Counted from the first letter of the whole stretch, positions 8,788-22,795 are shown. The stretch is 63,687 nucleotides of DNA, filler included, from Octopus bimaculoides (GCF_001194135.2; 5 parts of 4 records of this genome joined end to end with filler, not necessarily neighbours in it), one strand, 5' to 3'. Made by a program: numbers and translations. The notes: generated by a model not told the origin, from the sequence alone.

Positions 8788-11163
8788 TTTTGTGAATATT
8801 GATGATTCTTGTGTGATGCTCCAGTAATTTTATCAACATGCAACAAGCCTATTCCACATAGGAAAATATCTGTAATCACGTGTGACATTACACAAGTGGT
8901 TTTTTTGTTCATAAATTGAGTCAGTCAAATTTTATTTTTCTATTTTTTATTACTATAAATTATTTTGTGAATGCATTACTTTACAGTATTCATAAAATTA
9001 CTGCATATACCTTGTACCCAAACATTTTTACTGTTTTCATTTATACTCACCTACCTTGAATATGTTCTGACACCTCTTCATCGTTCTATCTACTCCTATC
9101 CAAACTCATAATGTGCAGCAGCCACAAATCTCCCTTTGCAAGTAGACACCTAAACTTCCTGTCATACTTTAGCCTCTCAACATCTGGCACAAACTCTACT
9201 CCCCCCCCCCCACTTGTTTGATGGGGACTCTTATTTTGTGAGTTACTTGTTGACTCCAGTAGAAAAAAGCATCTAGGACACCCTGTAAATTGATTGGTAT
9301 CAGGACAGGCATCTAGCCATAAAAACCATGCAAAAATAAGCGTTTGAGTTCAAAACAGCTGGCTTGTAATATGCAGGATAGCTGTGGGAAGAGCCTAGAA
9401 AGTTGGATAATTATTATTAGAAGACAAGGAGAAGAAAAAAGTTACTGACAAGTACTCGAAACTTGCATCTTATTCAGTTTCCAAACTCTATACTACTAAG
9501 CCAATATATACACAAACAAGTTGCAAGAGTGACTTCAGCAGTGACACACACACACAAATACACACTCGTGCACACACATACACACAAAGTGTGTGTGCTC
9601 ACTGACAAAACTTTGTGCTGCAACACATTCACTAAGTTTTGTCAGTGAACAAAACAGGTCACAGTTTCAAAGTGCCACAAATAAAATTTTAATTAAGTGA
9701 AACTCGTAATTCTTAAATGCAGAGGTCCCTTAACGGTACTACTTAAATACAGTATTACATACGAAACATTTTAAATGTATGCTGTGTGGTCATGTAATGA
9801 CATCCTAACCCTAAAAACTAACCCTGCCCTTCATATCATTACATAGATGCATTGGGACCTCTGTATTAAAGTAGTGTCGTGGTTTTTGTGTGTCCTTGAA
9901 TGGCTTACAAAATATCTATGCTGCAATTGTTTTTGTTTCAGCACACGATCTCAGATCAAGTCACATGCTATGCAAGTACCTCTTTGTAATTTTTTAAAAT
10001 CACTATGGATAAATGCCAGCAATGACCTTCTCAGGCTCTCCAATATTTTAAGTTCTAAACAGAAACAATTGTGGACAGGGAGTGGGGTTGCCAAAAATTC
10101 ATAATTTCTAAAATTATCTTTTTTATAGCATATAAATGTATTTCTGGGGAAAAAATATTGAAAAACATCAATACATATGAGAGTGATATAGAAAGGAGGA
10201 GAGTTGTCTTTGGATGTGCTAGAAACAACAGCCAAATCGTCCTTAAATCACTCACTTTTCCCTCTGCAAATATTAACAATTTTAAAAAAAATTTTTTTTT
10301 TTACCAAAAATGCTCTTCCCGTGGTTTTGAAGTACAAAAAAAAAAAAAAAAGGCCAAAANNNNNNNNNNTTCAAGACTTTTTGCATACAAAGATGCCCCC
10401 ATCCCATCATTTCGAAGGCTGTGGCTTAAAAAAAAATGGCGAAAATTCCGAAAAATTTTTCCCCACAAATGTTTTCATAATGATAACCTATGACGTTTGA
10501 AAGAGATTTGTATAAATTTTCATTAAAAGATATCTATCTTCCTGACAGTTATGAGGGGAAAAAAGTCAGATCATGTGAATTTTCTAAAACTCCTCTTCAC
10601 TCCCTCGGAAAAATTCTTTCCCATAAATCCCTATATACTCTGAAGCCACAACATCTACGTGGTATTTGGAGAAAATTTTGTTAAAAAGTATCCATTTTTC
10701 TGGATGTTATTAGGCAACAAAGTTGGGGGCATATACATCTGTAGTAATGCCCTTTTATTTATACAAAATCATTTCATGTTTATTTTATTCATTGTTTACA
10801 ATGTTCTCTCCCCCACACATACACACTGCAAAGCTTATAGATGGGCTTTGATAAACTGCTTCTCCCTCTGTTGTTGGACTACCATGATGTTTGTTTAAAA
10901 AAGACTATGACTGATAAAATAATGAAAGTAATATTTACTAAGCAAGTGAGCCCTATTATGCAAAGAAATAATTGGGAATCAAATGTGAAAATATTATCAA
11001 GGGGCTAGCAGAAAACCGCCTGGAAGACGGTCTTTCTATTAGTATCTGCAATTTAAAAACCCAAAGGCACAAGTACAAATGTTACTAAAGTGAGTAAGGG
11101 TGTAAATCATCATTGCTAGAAATAAGAGTGAAAACCACTCTTAATCATGGGCCAGCACCTATC

Positions 11164-11296
11164 TATTCCTCTCTCGGATTCACACACTAATTGCAGCAGT
11201 CCTTCAGTTTTTCTAAGTAAAACTCGGAAGGTTGGGCCTGCAACTAGGCCTTTAGCAATACACTTAAAGCCAGGAACTTTTCAGCACTCTGTCATA
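11164..11296 (+). mobile_element. Right half of a ~210-bp Tc1/mariner-type MITE
   Basis: ..ggttgggcctgcaactaggcctt..ttaaagccaggaacttttcagcac matches the right halves of the copies at 24728 and 41278. Confidence 0.7.
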
Positions 11297-11388
11297 CATA
11301 GGTAAGATAGTATGGTGTGAATTGAGGGAGATTTTGGTTACTATTTCTACCAGTTTTAGCAATCATGTAGAAGTCTTCGTCATTGACT

Positions 11389-11472
11389 CATACAAGGAGG
11401 TATTGAAGATTTCATGGCTTTGGGTAAAAGAAAATACAGAAGATTCATTTAATTATGATTTTATTCAACATT
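11389..11472 (+). mobile_element. Left half of the same MITE family
   Basis: tacaaggaggtattgaagatttcatggctttgggtaaaag..attatgattttattcaaca matches the left part of the copy at 41278. Confidence 0.65.
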
Positions 11473-12369
11473 GAACTTTATGGAGGAGATGAGAAAGGAC
11501 TGGAATATCTAACAGATGAGTTATTTAGCATTACGAATTAAATTTTCTGATCAATCATAACCAGATTCCTTGTCATTGAGACACAGATTTCAAAAATCAA
11601 ATCCGTTTTTCTTGAGGACATAGTTTCAGTGACATATTTAGAAACATAAACTCCCAGTAATATAGAGATCGTTCTGATGCCCGGTTGAGTTGGCGGGCAC
11701 CACGGAACCAAGGAAGCTGTGGGTACAAACTTAGGTGAAGCCAACTGCAAGTGCAGACTTTGGTGGTAAAAGTAAATATCTGACATATAAATCAATTTAA
11801 ATAACTTCCTTTTTGCAGGCATTAGTGTTGTTGCCTTCATGGTCTTGTGGATAATTACACATCCTGAGCAAGGTTCAATCCCTCTCAGGAGCACTAGTGA
11901 TGGCCTGTATAAAAAATTTTTATTTTCTTCTTTAGCCTTTGGAGATAGGTAAAAATTAAAAAAATAACCCCCCCCTCTTCACTACCACTCCACTGCTCTT
12001 GTAATTCTCTGATAGAGCTACAAATTGAAACCCTCTCCATGTGCATTAAAACCCTACTTGCTAATCAATGCCATTACCCACAAGGGCTTCCAAACAGGTC
12101 CCTAATTTTGGAGTTCAAACAGAGATGTGTAAAACCTATTTGTGATTAATTATTGATCTTCAGTTGTGATGTGATAAATTTTTTTTTCTCTAATCTTTAC
12201 GTGTGATAGGTTTGAAATACTCATTAAGTAACCATATTTCTGTTGGGTGTCTCAGTGGTCTTGTGGGGTATAGACATATGCAAACAACCTGGACAGGGTT
12301 TAACTTCATGCAGGGCCTGCATTAAGGGGGGGGGGGTCTTACTAAAATTTTAAATTCTTTTTTGAGATA

Positions 12370-13110
12370 AAAAAAAAAGAAAAAATTTGTAATTTCTAGA
12401 AGAGATTTGAAACCTTCTCCTCTGTGTTATTACTTCTAAACACCCTTACCTACTGGGCCACCAAAGCAGCAACAACTCCAATGTGAAAATTAAGACATTT
12501 AAATATATTTCAATTACTAGTTTTACTATAAAGATTTTAAGAAGATTTGGTTACTATTTGAAGGATGCCTTGTGACCCCTTGTTCATACAAAATCTCTTT
12601 GAGTGAAATTTGTTTGCTTAAAAAAAAATGAAAATATTTTATTAGAATCCGTGTAATTTCTAGCAGAGATTTGAAACCTCCACTTCTAAACATCTTCACC
12701 TACTGGGACATCAAAGCAACAACAAATTTTATGAGAAAATTAAGATATTTAAATTTATTTCAATTATTGGGCTTACTACAAATATTTGAGGGAGATTTGG
12801 CTATCATGTCATGGCTGGCTTTTGACCCCTTGTTCACACACTCAATCTCTTTGCTGAGGTAAATTTGATTGCTGTAAACTATTTAATAAGACCCCTTTTA
12901 TTCCTTGGAAGGGATTTGAAACTGCCACATCTGTGTTATGTTACAACTTCTAAACCTCTTTACCTACTGGACCACTTAAACAGCCACAATTTTCAAGAGA
13001 AAATTAATATATTTAAATTGATTTCAATTATGGAGTTTACCATGAAAATTTTAGGGAGACTTGGTTACTATGTCAAGACTGCCTCTTGTGAACCCTTGTT
13101 CTCACACACA
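12370..13110. repeat. Three decayed tandem copies of a ~250-270-bp unit
   Basis: Recurring collinear motifs gatttgaaac..cttctaaac..acctactgg..aaaattaa..atttaaat..gaGAtttggttacta..cccttgttc starting near 12385, 12655 and 12905. Confidence 0.75.
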
Positions 13111-13384
13111 ATGTTTTGTTGTTTATTCCAGGTCAGTTGTACTCTACCAGACCTATTATAATTAAAGACAGTCCAATTGTGACCGTCTCTAGCTAATTGT
13201 CCCCAATCATAATAAAACAACTTTAGTTAAAAAAAGAAATTGTTTAAAATTGGGGAGGTATTAAAACCCAAACCAACATTTAATAAAGAGATAAAAAAAA
13301 ACCTTTTTACTGACCAAACCAACAAGGTAGCAGCAATTTTAATGTTAAAATTTAGATGTTTAAATATTTTCTTTATTGGTAAGT

Positions 13385-13580
13385 CTGTCAGTTTGTAGAA
13401 TTGGTAGCACATGCGACAAAAATGTTTAGCTGCATTTCTTGTGGCATTTTATGTTATGATTTCAAATCCTGTCAAGGCTGAGTTTGATTTTCATCCTTTC
13501 ATGGTCAATAAAATAAGTAGCAGTCAAATACTGGGATTGATGTAATAAATTGGCCTCTCCCTCCCCTCAAAATTGGAAAC
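13385..13580 (+). mobile_element. Degenerate tRNA-derived SINE (family B)
   Basis: ttcaaatcctgtcaaggctgagtttgattttcatcctttcatggtcaataaaataagtagcag resembles the family-B core. Confidence 0.55.
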
Positions 13581-13681
13581 AAATGGTTTTTGGTGAATAA
13601 TTTGAGGAAGAATTGGTTGTTATTTCAAGAATGCCTCAGGACCCCTTCTTCACAAAGGCACTCTGCTGTTTACAGCAATGT

Positions 13682-13845
13682 GTTCCAGTTGATCTGATCA
13701 ACCAAACAACCTGCTCAGGGTATGAACTTGAAAGTGGCTGAGCATTCCACAGACATGCATACTTTTAACGTGGTTCTTAGGAAAATTAAGCATGATACAG
13801 AACGACAGAGCTGGCCCTTTGAATTACAGGTACAACTAATTTTTG
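13682..13845 (-). mobile_element. 3' half of tRNA-derived SINE (family of the copy at 49725)
   Basis: gttccagttgatctgatc..aagtggctgagcattccacagaca..cccttt gaattacagg is the reverse complement of 49930-50090. Confidence 0.7.
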
Positions 13846-14404
13846 AACTGGAACAACGTGAAGTAAACCATCTTGCTGAAGAACACAATGCACTGCCAGG
13901 AATTGAACTGAAGACCTTCTGATCGTAAACCATAATTGAGAAGCTAGAAACCTTCATTTTCTTGTTCATACATGCACAATCTCATAGTTGAGGGAGATTT
14001 GGTTGCTATTTGAAGACTACTTTTGGGTCCCTTGCAGGAACATAAACACACATTACATTTCGTTGTTCAGAACTAATACCTTGTACCTATTAAAATAAAA
14101 GGCACTCCAGTTGTGACCACCTCCAGCTGCTCATCCACAATCATAAAAGACAGGAACAACTTTAGTTAATCATAATTAAAACTGGGTAAGCACTGAAACC
14201 CCTCCAGTATATTCCCAAGGAAAGATAACACTTCTACCATCAAAGCAGTTACAACCCTTGTGTTAAAATTAAGATGTCATTTAAATCTATTTTAATTACT
14301 GGTTATTGACAAGGATATGGGGTAAGTGAATTGGTGCGTCAGACAAAATGCTTAGTTGCATTTCTTGTGGCTCTTTATGTTCTGAATAGAAATCCTGTAG
14401 AAGC

Positions 14405-14726
14405 AAACTTACTGGCACGTGAACAAAAAATTTGAGTGAGGTCGTTGCAGTGCCGCTGAACTGGTTCCTGTGCAGGTGGCATGTAAAAAACACCATTTTG
14501 AGCGTGGCCGTTGCCAGTACTGCCAGACTGGTACTTGTGTCGGTGACACATAAAAGCACCCACTGCACTCTCGGAGTGGTTGGCGTTAGGAAGGGCATCC
14601 AGCTGTAGAAACTCTGCCAGATCAGACTGGAGCCTGGTGTAGCCTTCTGGTTTGCCAGTCCTCAGTCAAATCGTCAAACCCATGCTAGCATGGAAAACGG
14701 ACGTTAAACGATGATGATGATGATGA
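14405..14726 (+). mobile_element. Non-autonomous retroelement carrying the RTE 3' tail
   Basis: gtggttggcgttaggaagggcatccagctgtagaaactctgccag..catgctagcatggaaaacggacgttaaacgatgatgatg, nearly identical to the reverse complement of 10-170. Confidence 0.8.
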
Positions 14727-14736
14727 TATACATATA

Positions 14737-14862
14737 CAGGGTGTCCACAAAGTGTGGGTACATGGGATTAACACATACTTTAAGAAATTATTATTTCTTA
14801 TATATAATTGTTTATGTTATGATTTTATTTACTCCATGTACCCAGACCTTGTGGACACCCTG
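14737..14862. mobile_element. 126-bp Tc1/mariner-type MITE with ~29-bp TIRs and TA flanks
   Basis: ta-cagggtgtccacaaagtgtgggtacatgg ... ccatgtacccagaccttgtggacaccctg-ta; two mismatches between the arms. Confidence 0.88.
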
Positions 14863-14892
14863 TAGATATAGATATATATACATACATATTCT

Positions 14893-15259
14893 TATTCTAA
14901 AAGTCCTAAGAATCCATCCGGTCAGTCGCCTGCATTTCATTGACAATTTAGCAACATGAACATGAAAGGATGCATTATTACTCATGTAGATGCCCAGGTC
15001 CTGCACTGTCTCTGCCTCTGGGATTGCAGTCCCTCCAGATCCAGTGTATTTAATGGGTTCTGCATTTAGTCTTGCATGCTGATAGCACAAGGCTTGAAAC
15101 TTTTCAGCATTAAACTGCATGTTATTCTTTTCAGCCCACTTGTATATTTCATCCAGCTCACATTGCAGGTGCATAATGTCTTCAGGGTTCTGTATTACCT
15201 GTGAGACTTTTGTGTCAGCTGCATAACTTGTGATCGTGGCTCTCTGTGTGACTGAGGGC
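14893..15259 (-). mobile_element. L2/CR1-like LINE RT fragment, cut by an assembly gap
   Basis: ATITSYAADTKVSQVIQNPEDIMHLQCELDEIYKWAEKNNMQFNAEKFQAL..VQDLGIYMSNNASFHVHV..ILRTFR; YAAD stands in place of (Y/F)ADD. Confidence 0.8.
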
Positions 15260-17527
15260 NNNNNNNNNNNNNNNNNNNNNNNNNNNNNNNNNNNNNNNNN
15301 NNNTTAATTAATTAANNNNNNNNNNNNNNNNNNNNNNNNNNNNNNNNNNNNNNNNNNNNATATATATATATATATATATACGTACATACATATATACACA
15401 CACGCGTGCGGTTTACATCGTGTTTTCATTATACTGGGGGAAATACCGAGGTTAGTATGTTATGTGGTGAGCTTAATGATATGGCCCATGTCTCAGTGGG
15501 CAGAATTTAGAGGCTAACCGCTATTTAATAGATATAACATTATAAAAGGAGTTGGCAGAAACGACTTAAATTGAACCTTTTGGGGGAAATTTAATACATA
15601 AGTATATCATTGAAAGAAAACGAAGAGGTATTTAAACTACATCTGGTGTGTTTCATTTTTGTTTGCTCTGTCTTTCTTTTTTTTTTGAGAAATATCAAAT
15701 GCCCTCGCATTGCTGCCGGAGACACAAAGGAGAGCGGCTCTTTCCATCTCGCTACTTCACTAAGAGCTTTTCAGAAAAGGATCCCAAACAACCTGAGAGA
15801 TGGAGATGGAGCCTTTTTGCCTCACCTGCCCTCGGTTGCTTTCAAAGTCTTTTTTGAGGCCATCTTTCCCTATGTAGTTTCTTATTGTTTTAGCGAGATG
15901 CTTCTCATATAATTGAAACTGTTTTGAATTTGACGTCTCCCATTGAATTATAAGCGTGTTCCACATTTCAAAGAAGTTCATTTTAGGTCATAATTCAATC
16001 AATATGTAGGACTTCTACATAGGAACTAAAATTAAGAAGTTTAGACATTAGTGTAAAAATAACATAAATGGGTATCATTCAAAATATAGAGTGAACATTT
16101 ATAGCTCTAAACACAGAATCTCACTTAGACGAGGTTTCATACCATGAAATGAATGAAGCCTCACAATCGAGCCTTCACTACGAGTAAAGAATCATTTCTT
16201 TATCCTTGTAAATGGAAGAAAAGCATCCGTACATATATTCGAAGGGCTTTGCAGTATTTTGCGATTTATAATAGAAATTGCGCCAGAAAGCCATAGCTAT
16301 CGAATAACAACAAAAGGCAAGCTTTTTCATCTGAATATAAAAAGATTTCAGCTTCTTCTTAAATATTATCTTCACGGATGATTGAAGATTTCTTTTTCTT
16401 CTCAAAGATCCATAATCGGTGAAAAATAAGTATACACACGAGTTCAAAGAATACAAAGAATATTTTCTACACCAAAAAAGGTCACATTGACTTCTAATCA
16501 TTTTAAAGTAGTATGTTAGAGAAACATTCAATGTTTTGGGTTCTGTATTTCTCCAATGAATGTCGTTGCTCAATATTAAAGGAATACCTCTACTTTTGAT
16601 TACGAATGTAGTCAACAATATATTAAAACATCTGCTCGTTTTACTAAATGGATCAAAAATTCAACATAGGAATGTGTTTTTGGTGTAGATTTTTTCCTAG
16701 AGTTTATGATTAACAAAGAGTTGTGATTATGACAGGGGGGATTTTACTAATACAATCTCGGTTAATTAAAGATTAGAGTTAAAGATGCAACTTAGAATTA
16801 CTGCCTGCTTTATTTTAACTGTAAATCCATTATAGTATAATGAAAAACCATGAAAGCAGTAATTCAAGTATTTCAAGAACAATGGAATATCATGTTTTGA
16901 CATAGAACTCTAATCCTCGTATGAATCAGTATAAAGTAAATTATTCGATATTTATGAAGTTTCGAATTTGCTATAATCTTTGTTAACGCTCATCCTATAT
17001 TAATGCAATCTACTTTATCAACAACTGTATACAAAGCTCATATATTGATTGCTTTACCTGCTCTCCTTAAGAAATTGACATTCATTATACAACTATTAAA
17101 AGAGATAGTGCTAATTACTATCGTCTAAATATAATATTCATTAATATACGCCATAGATGTTTGAATAACCGAACGTGCTTGCATTCATTATTCTTTAATG
17201 AAAGAAATGGACGTAACATCCTGCAATAACAATATATGTTGATAAAGTGAAATTCTAGAATTGGTCTAAACATGTACACCTATTTGTCCCCGTATGTACA
17301 CCTCTTGGGCTATATACACCAACAATTCTGTATAGTAAAAATATTAGATTATTAGTCTGATTATAGTTTTAGTTTCTCTACATCTCCTCATTCTGTGAAA
17401 ATGTGTTGCTGCTTGGCAACACATGGTATACAAAATTTAAATGCCACATGCGCCAGAAAGAAACACCGGCCGACGTCCTTCATGCCTAACACTGAAGTTT
17501 TCAGTGGCTCTTGGAAGTACATATACA

Positions 17528-17529
<2 letters not shown>

Positions 17530-17605
<76 letters not shown>
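17530..17605. repeat. (AT)n microsatellite, representative of many (also ~20810, 23805, 27320, 43985, 56360)
   Basis: Direct reading. Confidence 0.95.
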
Positions 17606-17609
<4 letters not shown>

Positions 17610-20600
17610 AACAAATAACAAATGAGTATATGCATATATACGTACAAGTATGTGCATACCTGCATCTACCTGTATATATAGGTGCATATCTGGGTACAGG
17701 ACATTGCAAACAAAACGTTGACAAAAAAAATAATAATAACCATAGTACAGAAAACACACAGGCCACATAGAGAACATTTTCCTTCATCAGCTCCCCCCAT
17801 TCTAACACAGGCGTAGAGAGAGACTGCGTGTCTGTATATGTGTGTGTGTTTATGTGCGTGTATAAATATATACAGACAAATGATAATATATGATTTTATA
17901 TCTTCAGTTATATGTATACATGAATAAGTAAATACAGAGATGGAGCGACCGATCGATCTAGCGATAGATAAATACAGGGAAGGAAGTTATTGAAGCTCAT
18001 ATATATTTAGTTACATCTATGTACGTTTGCAATTGTGCATACGATATTGCATCAACGGTTCGTATTCTTTATGTTAACTTGTATTTATAATTGCTTTCGC
18101 ATAACTTCTATGCAAATGAATATAACATCATGAAATATATTCTACCTTTCACACAGAATTAATGGATGTGCACCCGATGTGTATGTTTCTGCATGATACA
18201 GACTAGTTAAATTCAGTAAATGATTTCATATTTCCATCATACTAACTACAGCATAACAGTATGTGAGGCTCACACGCCAAGGACAAATTACGGAAAATGT
18301 TAACCGATGAAGCAATTATTCCCTGATATTTATACCATGTGATACTCGTGATGGCTTCTATTTTAAAAGCCAATTATAAGGCATCAGCAAAATTACAATA
18401 GATTCAAACGTATAGCATGTTTAGATTGTTTGATGTTTGCATGCAACGAATTAGAAAAAAATAATAAAATAAAATCTACAGAGCAGCATTGCCATGATAA
18501 TCTATTATCAATGCTAATTGTTGTTTCCGTGCATCGAAATTGTATGCGAGGACCTTGGTTAATCAAGAATACTATAAGCGTACATACGTATCACAGTAAG
18601 AAAAAAATACATTGTAATTTGGTATAAGACAAATAATTTGGCAAAAGTGTTGTACATGTGTTTATTGACTGTTACCTCAGTTGTGTTGCTTTGCAACTGA
18701 GAAAGAAGTATATCTAATTCATTAATACATATTTCACACCAGTCGCTTTAAATTAACAGGATATGACAGACCATCCAATCTAAGGGATTTTCCCACGGGA
18801 AGTTACCATCACTTCCCTTATTGTTATAGCTGTTATCAGACTTTAATAACACTCAGCCTCTATTGATGAGTGACGTGTTAAGAGTCGCGGAGGCAGGTGG
18901 GAAATCATCTTAGTTTCCTGGCAAACCACCCGTCAGTGACATTCGTTCAAAATGCTTCTGAGATCCTACAAAATTCTACATTAAATCAAGTAACGTGCAC
19001 CTATTTTCTGGATCATTAACAAACGAACTGTGGATTTCTTGGAACGGTACACTCGAGCCGTCATTCATATTTCGTCCTGTTTTGTCATAAAGCATGCACT
19101 TTAGCTCTGAAAAACTGACATCTGTACCTCCGATTAATAGAGTTGCCGGAACCCAATCTCAAGATGAGTACGTCGTTTGCGATGACTTTCTTTAGCGCCT
19201 CCTCTATGTTTTTCTACTCTATGCATTTTTATAGTTTTCATCTTAGTAAACCTTATCGATTTTATCTTAATCGATATATCGAAGGTGAATCTCCATTTTT
19301 TGCTGACGATTACCTTTGTCAATACCAGCTTCACAAATTCTCCAATCGATTCTCTGGAATCTTGGGACTTTGGGAGAGTAGAGTTCAGCTTTCAGTGAAC
19401 GCCACCCTGCCTATGACGTCTTTCTTGACCGAACGGACTGCTCATAAATTTGTGATGTCTATAACCTACGATTTTCATATCTGAAAAACCTGTGATATCC
19501 TTATTTACTGGCCTGTGCAGATACAATTTGATTAACCTGATGCAGTTCGTCAGTTACACACTGGAACAATCAAACTGCCACGTAAAAGTGCTAACAGACA
19601 TTACTATATATTTATGATTTTCTCACTAACAACCATATTACTAAATCTAAACAACTGACATTATGTGAAAAAACGGAGTATATTTAATACTAATGACTAT
19701 TGGAACTAATATGAAGATTGAATTTCAGGCTCTGTGTTAACAATTTGATATTGGTAAGCGATTTAGTAACGGACTAGAAAGGTTTATGGCTTTTTGAAAA
19801 CAACAATATTCTTTTATATTCATGATTGTGGTATTGGTATCGTTCAAAATGATGCTGATATTTAGCCACAATTCACAAGAGATTTATTTGAATCGCATAT
19901 CATGAAATGCATTTCCAACAAACCCTAAAACTTTATATCAAATATATTGTTACTATATTTTAGAGCTTACTACTTATTCAGCAGCACATTCCAACTTGTG
20001 CTTACACAGCTACATTCAACCCAGGTTTGTATTACTCACATTTTCGGAGACTCACAGTTACAGTGTAAATCTAGGATTAGTCACAGAACATCGTTATATG
20101 GATTTCGAGTATTTCTTCCACTTTAGAATAAAGAATACATTACTTGAATTCTTTATTACTGATCCATCTGTGTCATATTTTTCCCTAATCTCATGGACAA
20201 CCGTTTGGTTATATTAGGTGAGTATATTATAATTAACAAGCTGTTAATCATTTCGGCCATGTTATGCTGCATACGTTCCTGAAACAATTGCATAGATAAT
20301 GAAATAAACAACGAATGTTAGACATAAAATCATATAACGTTTTCAGATACTTGTCTCTGATAAATTGAGAACAAGATAGAAATTTGTTTAGCATATTTCT
20401 CTACACCAAATTGTATATTCATGAAACACTGTTCACAGTCTGATGTGGGCAAATTAACAGCATAGCTTGCAAATTTGTCTATTTTATATTTCAGCAATAT
20501 AGATCAATATACTCTATAAACACAGGTGAGTAAATGTATTTTAGAATAAATATTAACTATCTTATATAATATTTGAAATGAAGGGGTGAATACATAGAAA

Positions 20601-20801
20601 TCCTCGGGAAATATCGATTTTCATGTACTATATAAAACAAAATCACTAATAAATAAGTATTAAATGAAATACGTTTTCATAACATACGAATATAAATACA
20701 AAAGTTATTATATACTAAACACCTCATTGGTAATTTCCCCCGCAATTCCATGTACATTCTAGCAATCAATACAACTCCTGTAATTTAATTTAAAAAATAT
20801 G

Positions 20802-20850
<49 letters not shown>

Positions 20851-21548
20851 NNNNNNNNNNNNNNNNNNNNNNNNNNNNNNNNNNNNNNNNNNNNNNNNNN
20901 NNNNNNNNNNNNNNNNNNNNNNNNNNNNNNNNNNNNNNNNNNNNNNNNNNNNNNNNNNNNNNNNNNNNNNNNNNNNNNNNNNNNNNNNNNNNNNNNNNNN
21001 NNNNNNNNNNNNNNNNNNNNNNNNNNNNNNNNNNNNNNNNNNNNNNNNNNNNNNNNNNNNNNNNNNNNNNNNNNNNNNNNNNNNNNNNNNNNNNNNNNNN
21101 NNNNNNNNNNNNNNNNNNNNNNNNNNNNNNNNNNNNNNNNNNNNNNNNNNNNNNNNNNNNNNNNNNNNNNNNNNNNNNNNNNNNNNNNNNNNNNNNNNNN
21201 NNNNNNNNNNNNNNNNNNNNNNNNNNNNNNNNNNNNNNNNNNNNNNNNNNNNNNNNNNNNNNNNNNNNNNNNNNNNNNNNNNNNNNNNNNNNNNNNNNNN
21301 NNNNNNNNNNNNNNNNNNNNNNNNNNNNNNNNNNNNNNNNNNNNNNNNNNNNNNNNNNNNNNNNNNNNNNNNNNNNNNNNNNNNNNNNNNNNNNNNNNNN
21401 NNNNNNNNNNNNNNNNNNNNNNNNNNNNNNNNNNNNNNNNNNNNNNNNNNNNNNNNNNNNNNNNNNNNNNNNNNNNNNNNNNNNNNNNNNNNNNNNNNNN
21501 NNNNNNNNNNNNNNNNNNNNNNNNNNNNNNNNNNNNNNNNNNNNNNNN

Positions 21549-21579
<31 letters not shown>

Positions 21580-21894
21580 GATAAACAGAGACAGAGAGAG
21601 ATTTATACATATATGTATGTGTATTTTAATATATATCTGTTTGCATACACAAGTGTATAGTTATATATAGATAGGTTTATACATATATATATGCGTATTT
21701 GTATTTGTTTGCATGCACAGTATATTTATATGCATGTGTGTGTATGTATTGGTATGTGTGTGTGTGTAATTCTGCATGCTTAATATATGTTTGAAGGAAT
21801 GTTTTACATATGTAAATATTTTATATAAGCGTCCTGAAAGTTCTATATTTTATGACTTCTAATCTCACACTCCATTGTATTCGCCATTACCTCC

Positions 21895-22020
21895 TGCTGG
21901 AACAGCGTGGAGCTTAGCTGATTCTCTCATAAACACACACATCGCCCAGTCTCAGATTCGAACCCGCAATCCCTCGACCGGAAGCCCGCTGCTCTAAGCA
22001 CATATGCCTCCAGAAGGCAA
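21895..22020 (-). mobile_element. Decayed tRNA-like head of a SINE
   Basis: The reverse complement resembles ggaggc..agagcagcgggcttccggtcgagggattgcgggttcgaatc, with a B box, as in the copy at 49729. Confidence 0.6.
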
Positions 22021-22585
22021 AATACTTAGAGGCAATTCGTCAAATTACGGCGAAGTCGACTTTGCCTTTCGTCATTTCACTGTTGATAAAATAAGTGCAA
22101 GTGAATTACTCCTGTCGATGTAATCGCCATATCGCTCACTGGAACTCACTAGCCTCCTGTTAACATTTGAAACCATTATAAACATGTACAGACATTGTTA
22201 CATGGTAAAAAGCTTGCCTTTTAATCACATAGTTGCAGATTCAGTCTCACTGCGTAGAATTTGTCTTCTATTATAGCCTCGGACCGAGGCTATCACAGAC
22301 TGAAAAGGGTGAAAATCACAGACTGAAACGGGTGCATGACGAAATTAACGAAATTAGCACCGAATACTGGATTCATATTTTTTTTATAATTAAGATCGAA
22401 ACTGCTAATATATGAATGTGAAAGAGAAACCTTTCGGCCACACTGTATATTTTCCTGAAACTCAGAGTAGCTGAAGCATGGTTATTCATGCTCGACAAAC
22501 TTAAAAGTATAATTCTAAGTCTCTATATCTATGTACTATATCATATTGGAAATCAACTGCCTTTGTAATGATATTAATATTGAAA

Positions 22586-22795
22586 GGCGGCGAGCAGGCA
22601 GAATCGTTACAGCGCCGGAAAAACCTTAGCCGCCGCATTCCTTCCGTTTTTCGTGTTCTGAGTCCAAATTCCACGAATGCCCACTTTGAATATCATCATT
22701 TCGGGGTAGATGAATTAAGTACCAGTTGTGAACTGAGGTCGATGTAATTAGCTTATCCGTTCCCTCGAAATTATAGGCCCTGTGTCAAAATTTGA
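22586..22795 (+). mobile_element. tRNA-derived SINE family B; further fragments at ~22030-22110 and ~22845-22940
   Basis: ggcggcgagcaggcagaatcgtta..ttcggggtagatgaattaagtaccagttg..ggtcgatgtaat. Confidence 0.75.

Noticed and set aside
10260-10700. Homopolymer-rich block around a 10-N gap with a 140-aa ORF
   Set aside because: It looks like low-quality or diverged transposon sequence with no recognisable protein motif.
15304-15315. Palindromic TTAATTAATTAA inside N runs (also 45155-45166, 55338-55349, 62527-62538)
   Set aside because: The identical 12-mer is always embedded in gaps of about 100 nt and has stops in all six frames. It is an assembly or scaffolding linker, not biology.
17388-17808. 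ORFs rich in IY, HT, VC, LS or poly-N/I/L runs throughout the window
   Set aside because: These are translations of (AT)n, (CA)n, (CT)n and (AAT)n microsatellites.
19130-19481. Minus-strand block bounded by acceptor- and donor-like signals
   Set aside because: All three frames contain stops and no family is recognisable; a non-coding exon cannot be supported without RNA data.
15760-20525. Other splice-like mini-exons (minus ~15820-15920; plus 20495-20525; also plus ~37701, ~40600 and ~53360)
   Set aside because: Short, on inconsistent strands and phases, with no recognisable peptide; expected by chance in AT-rich DNA.
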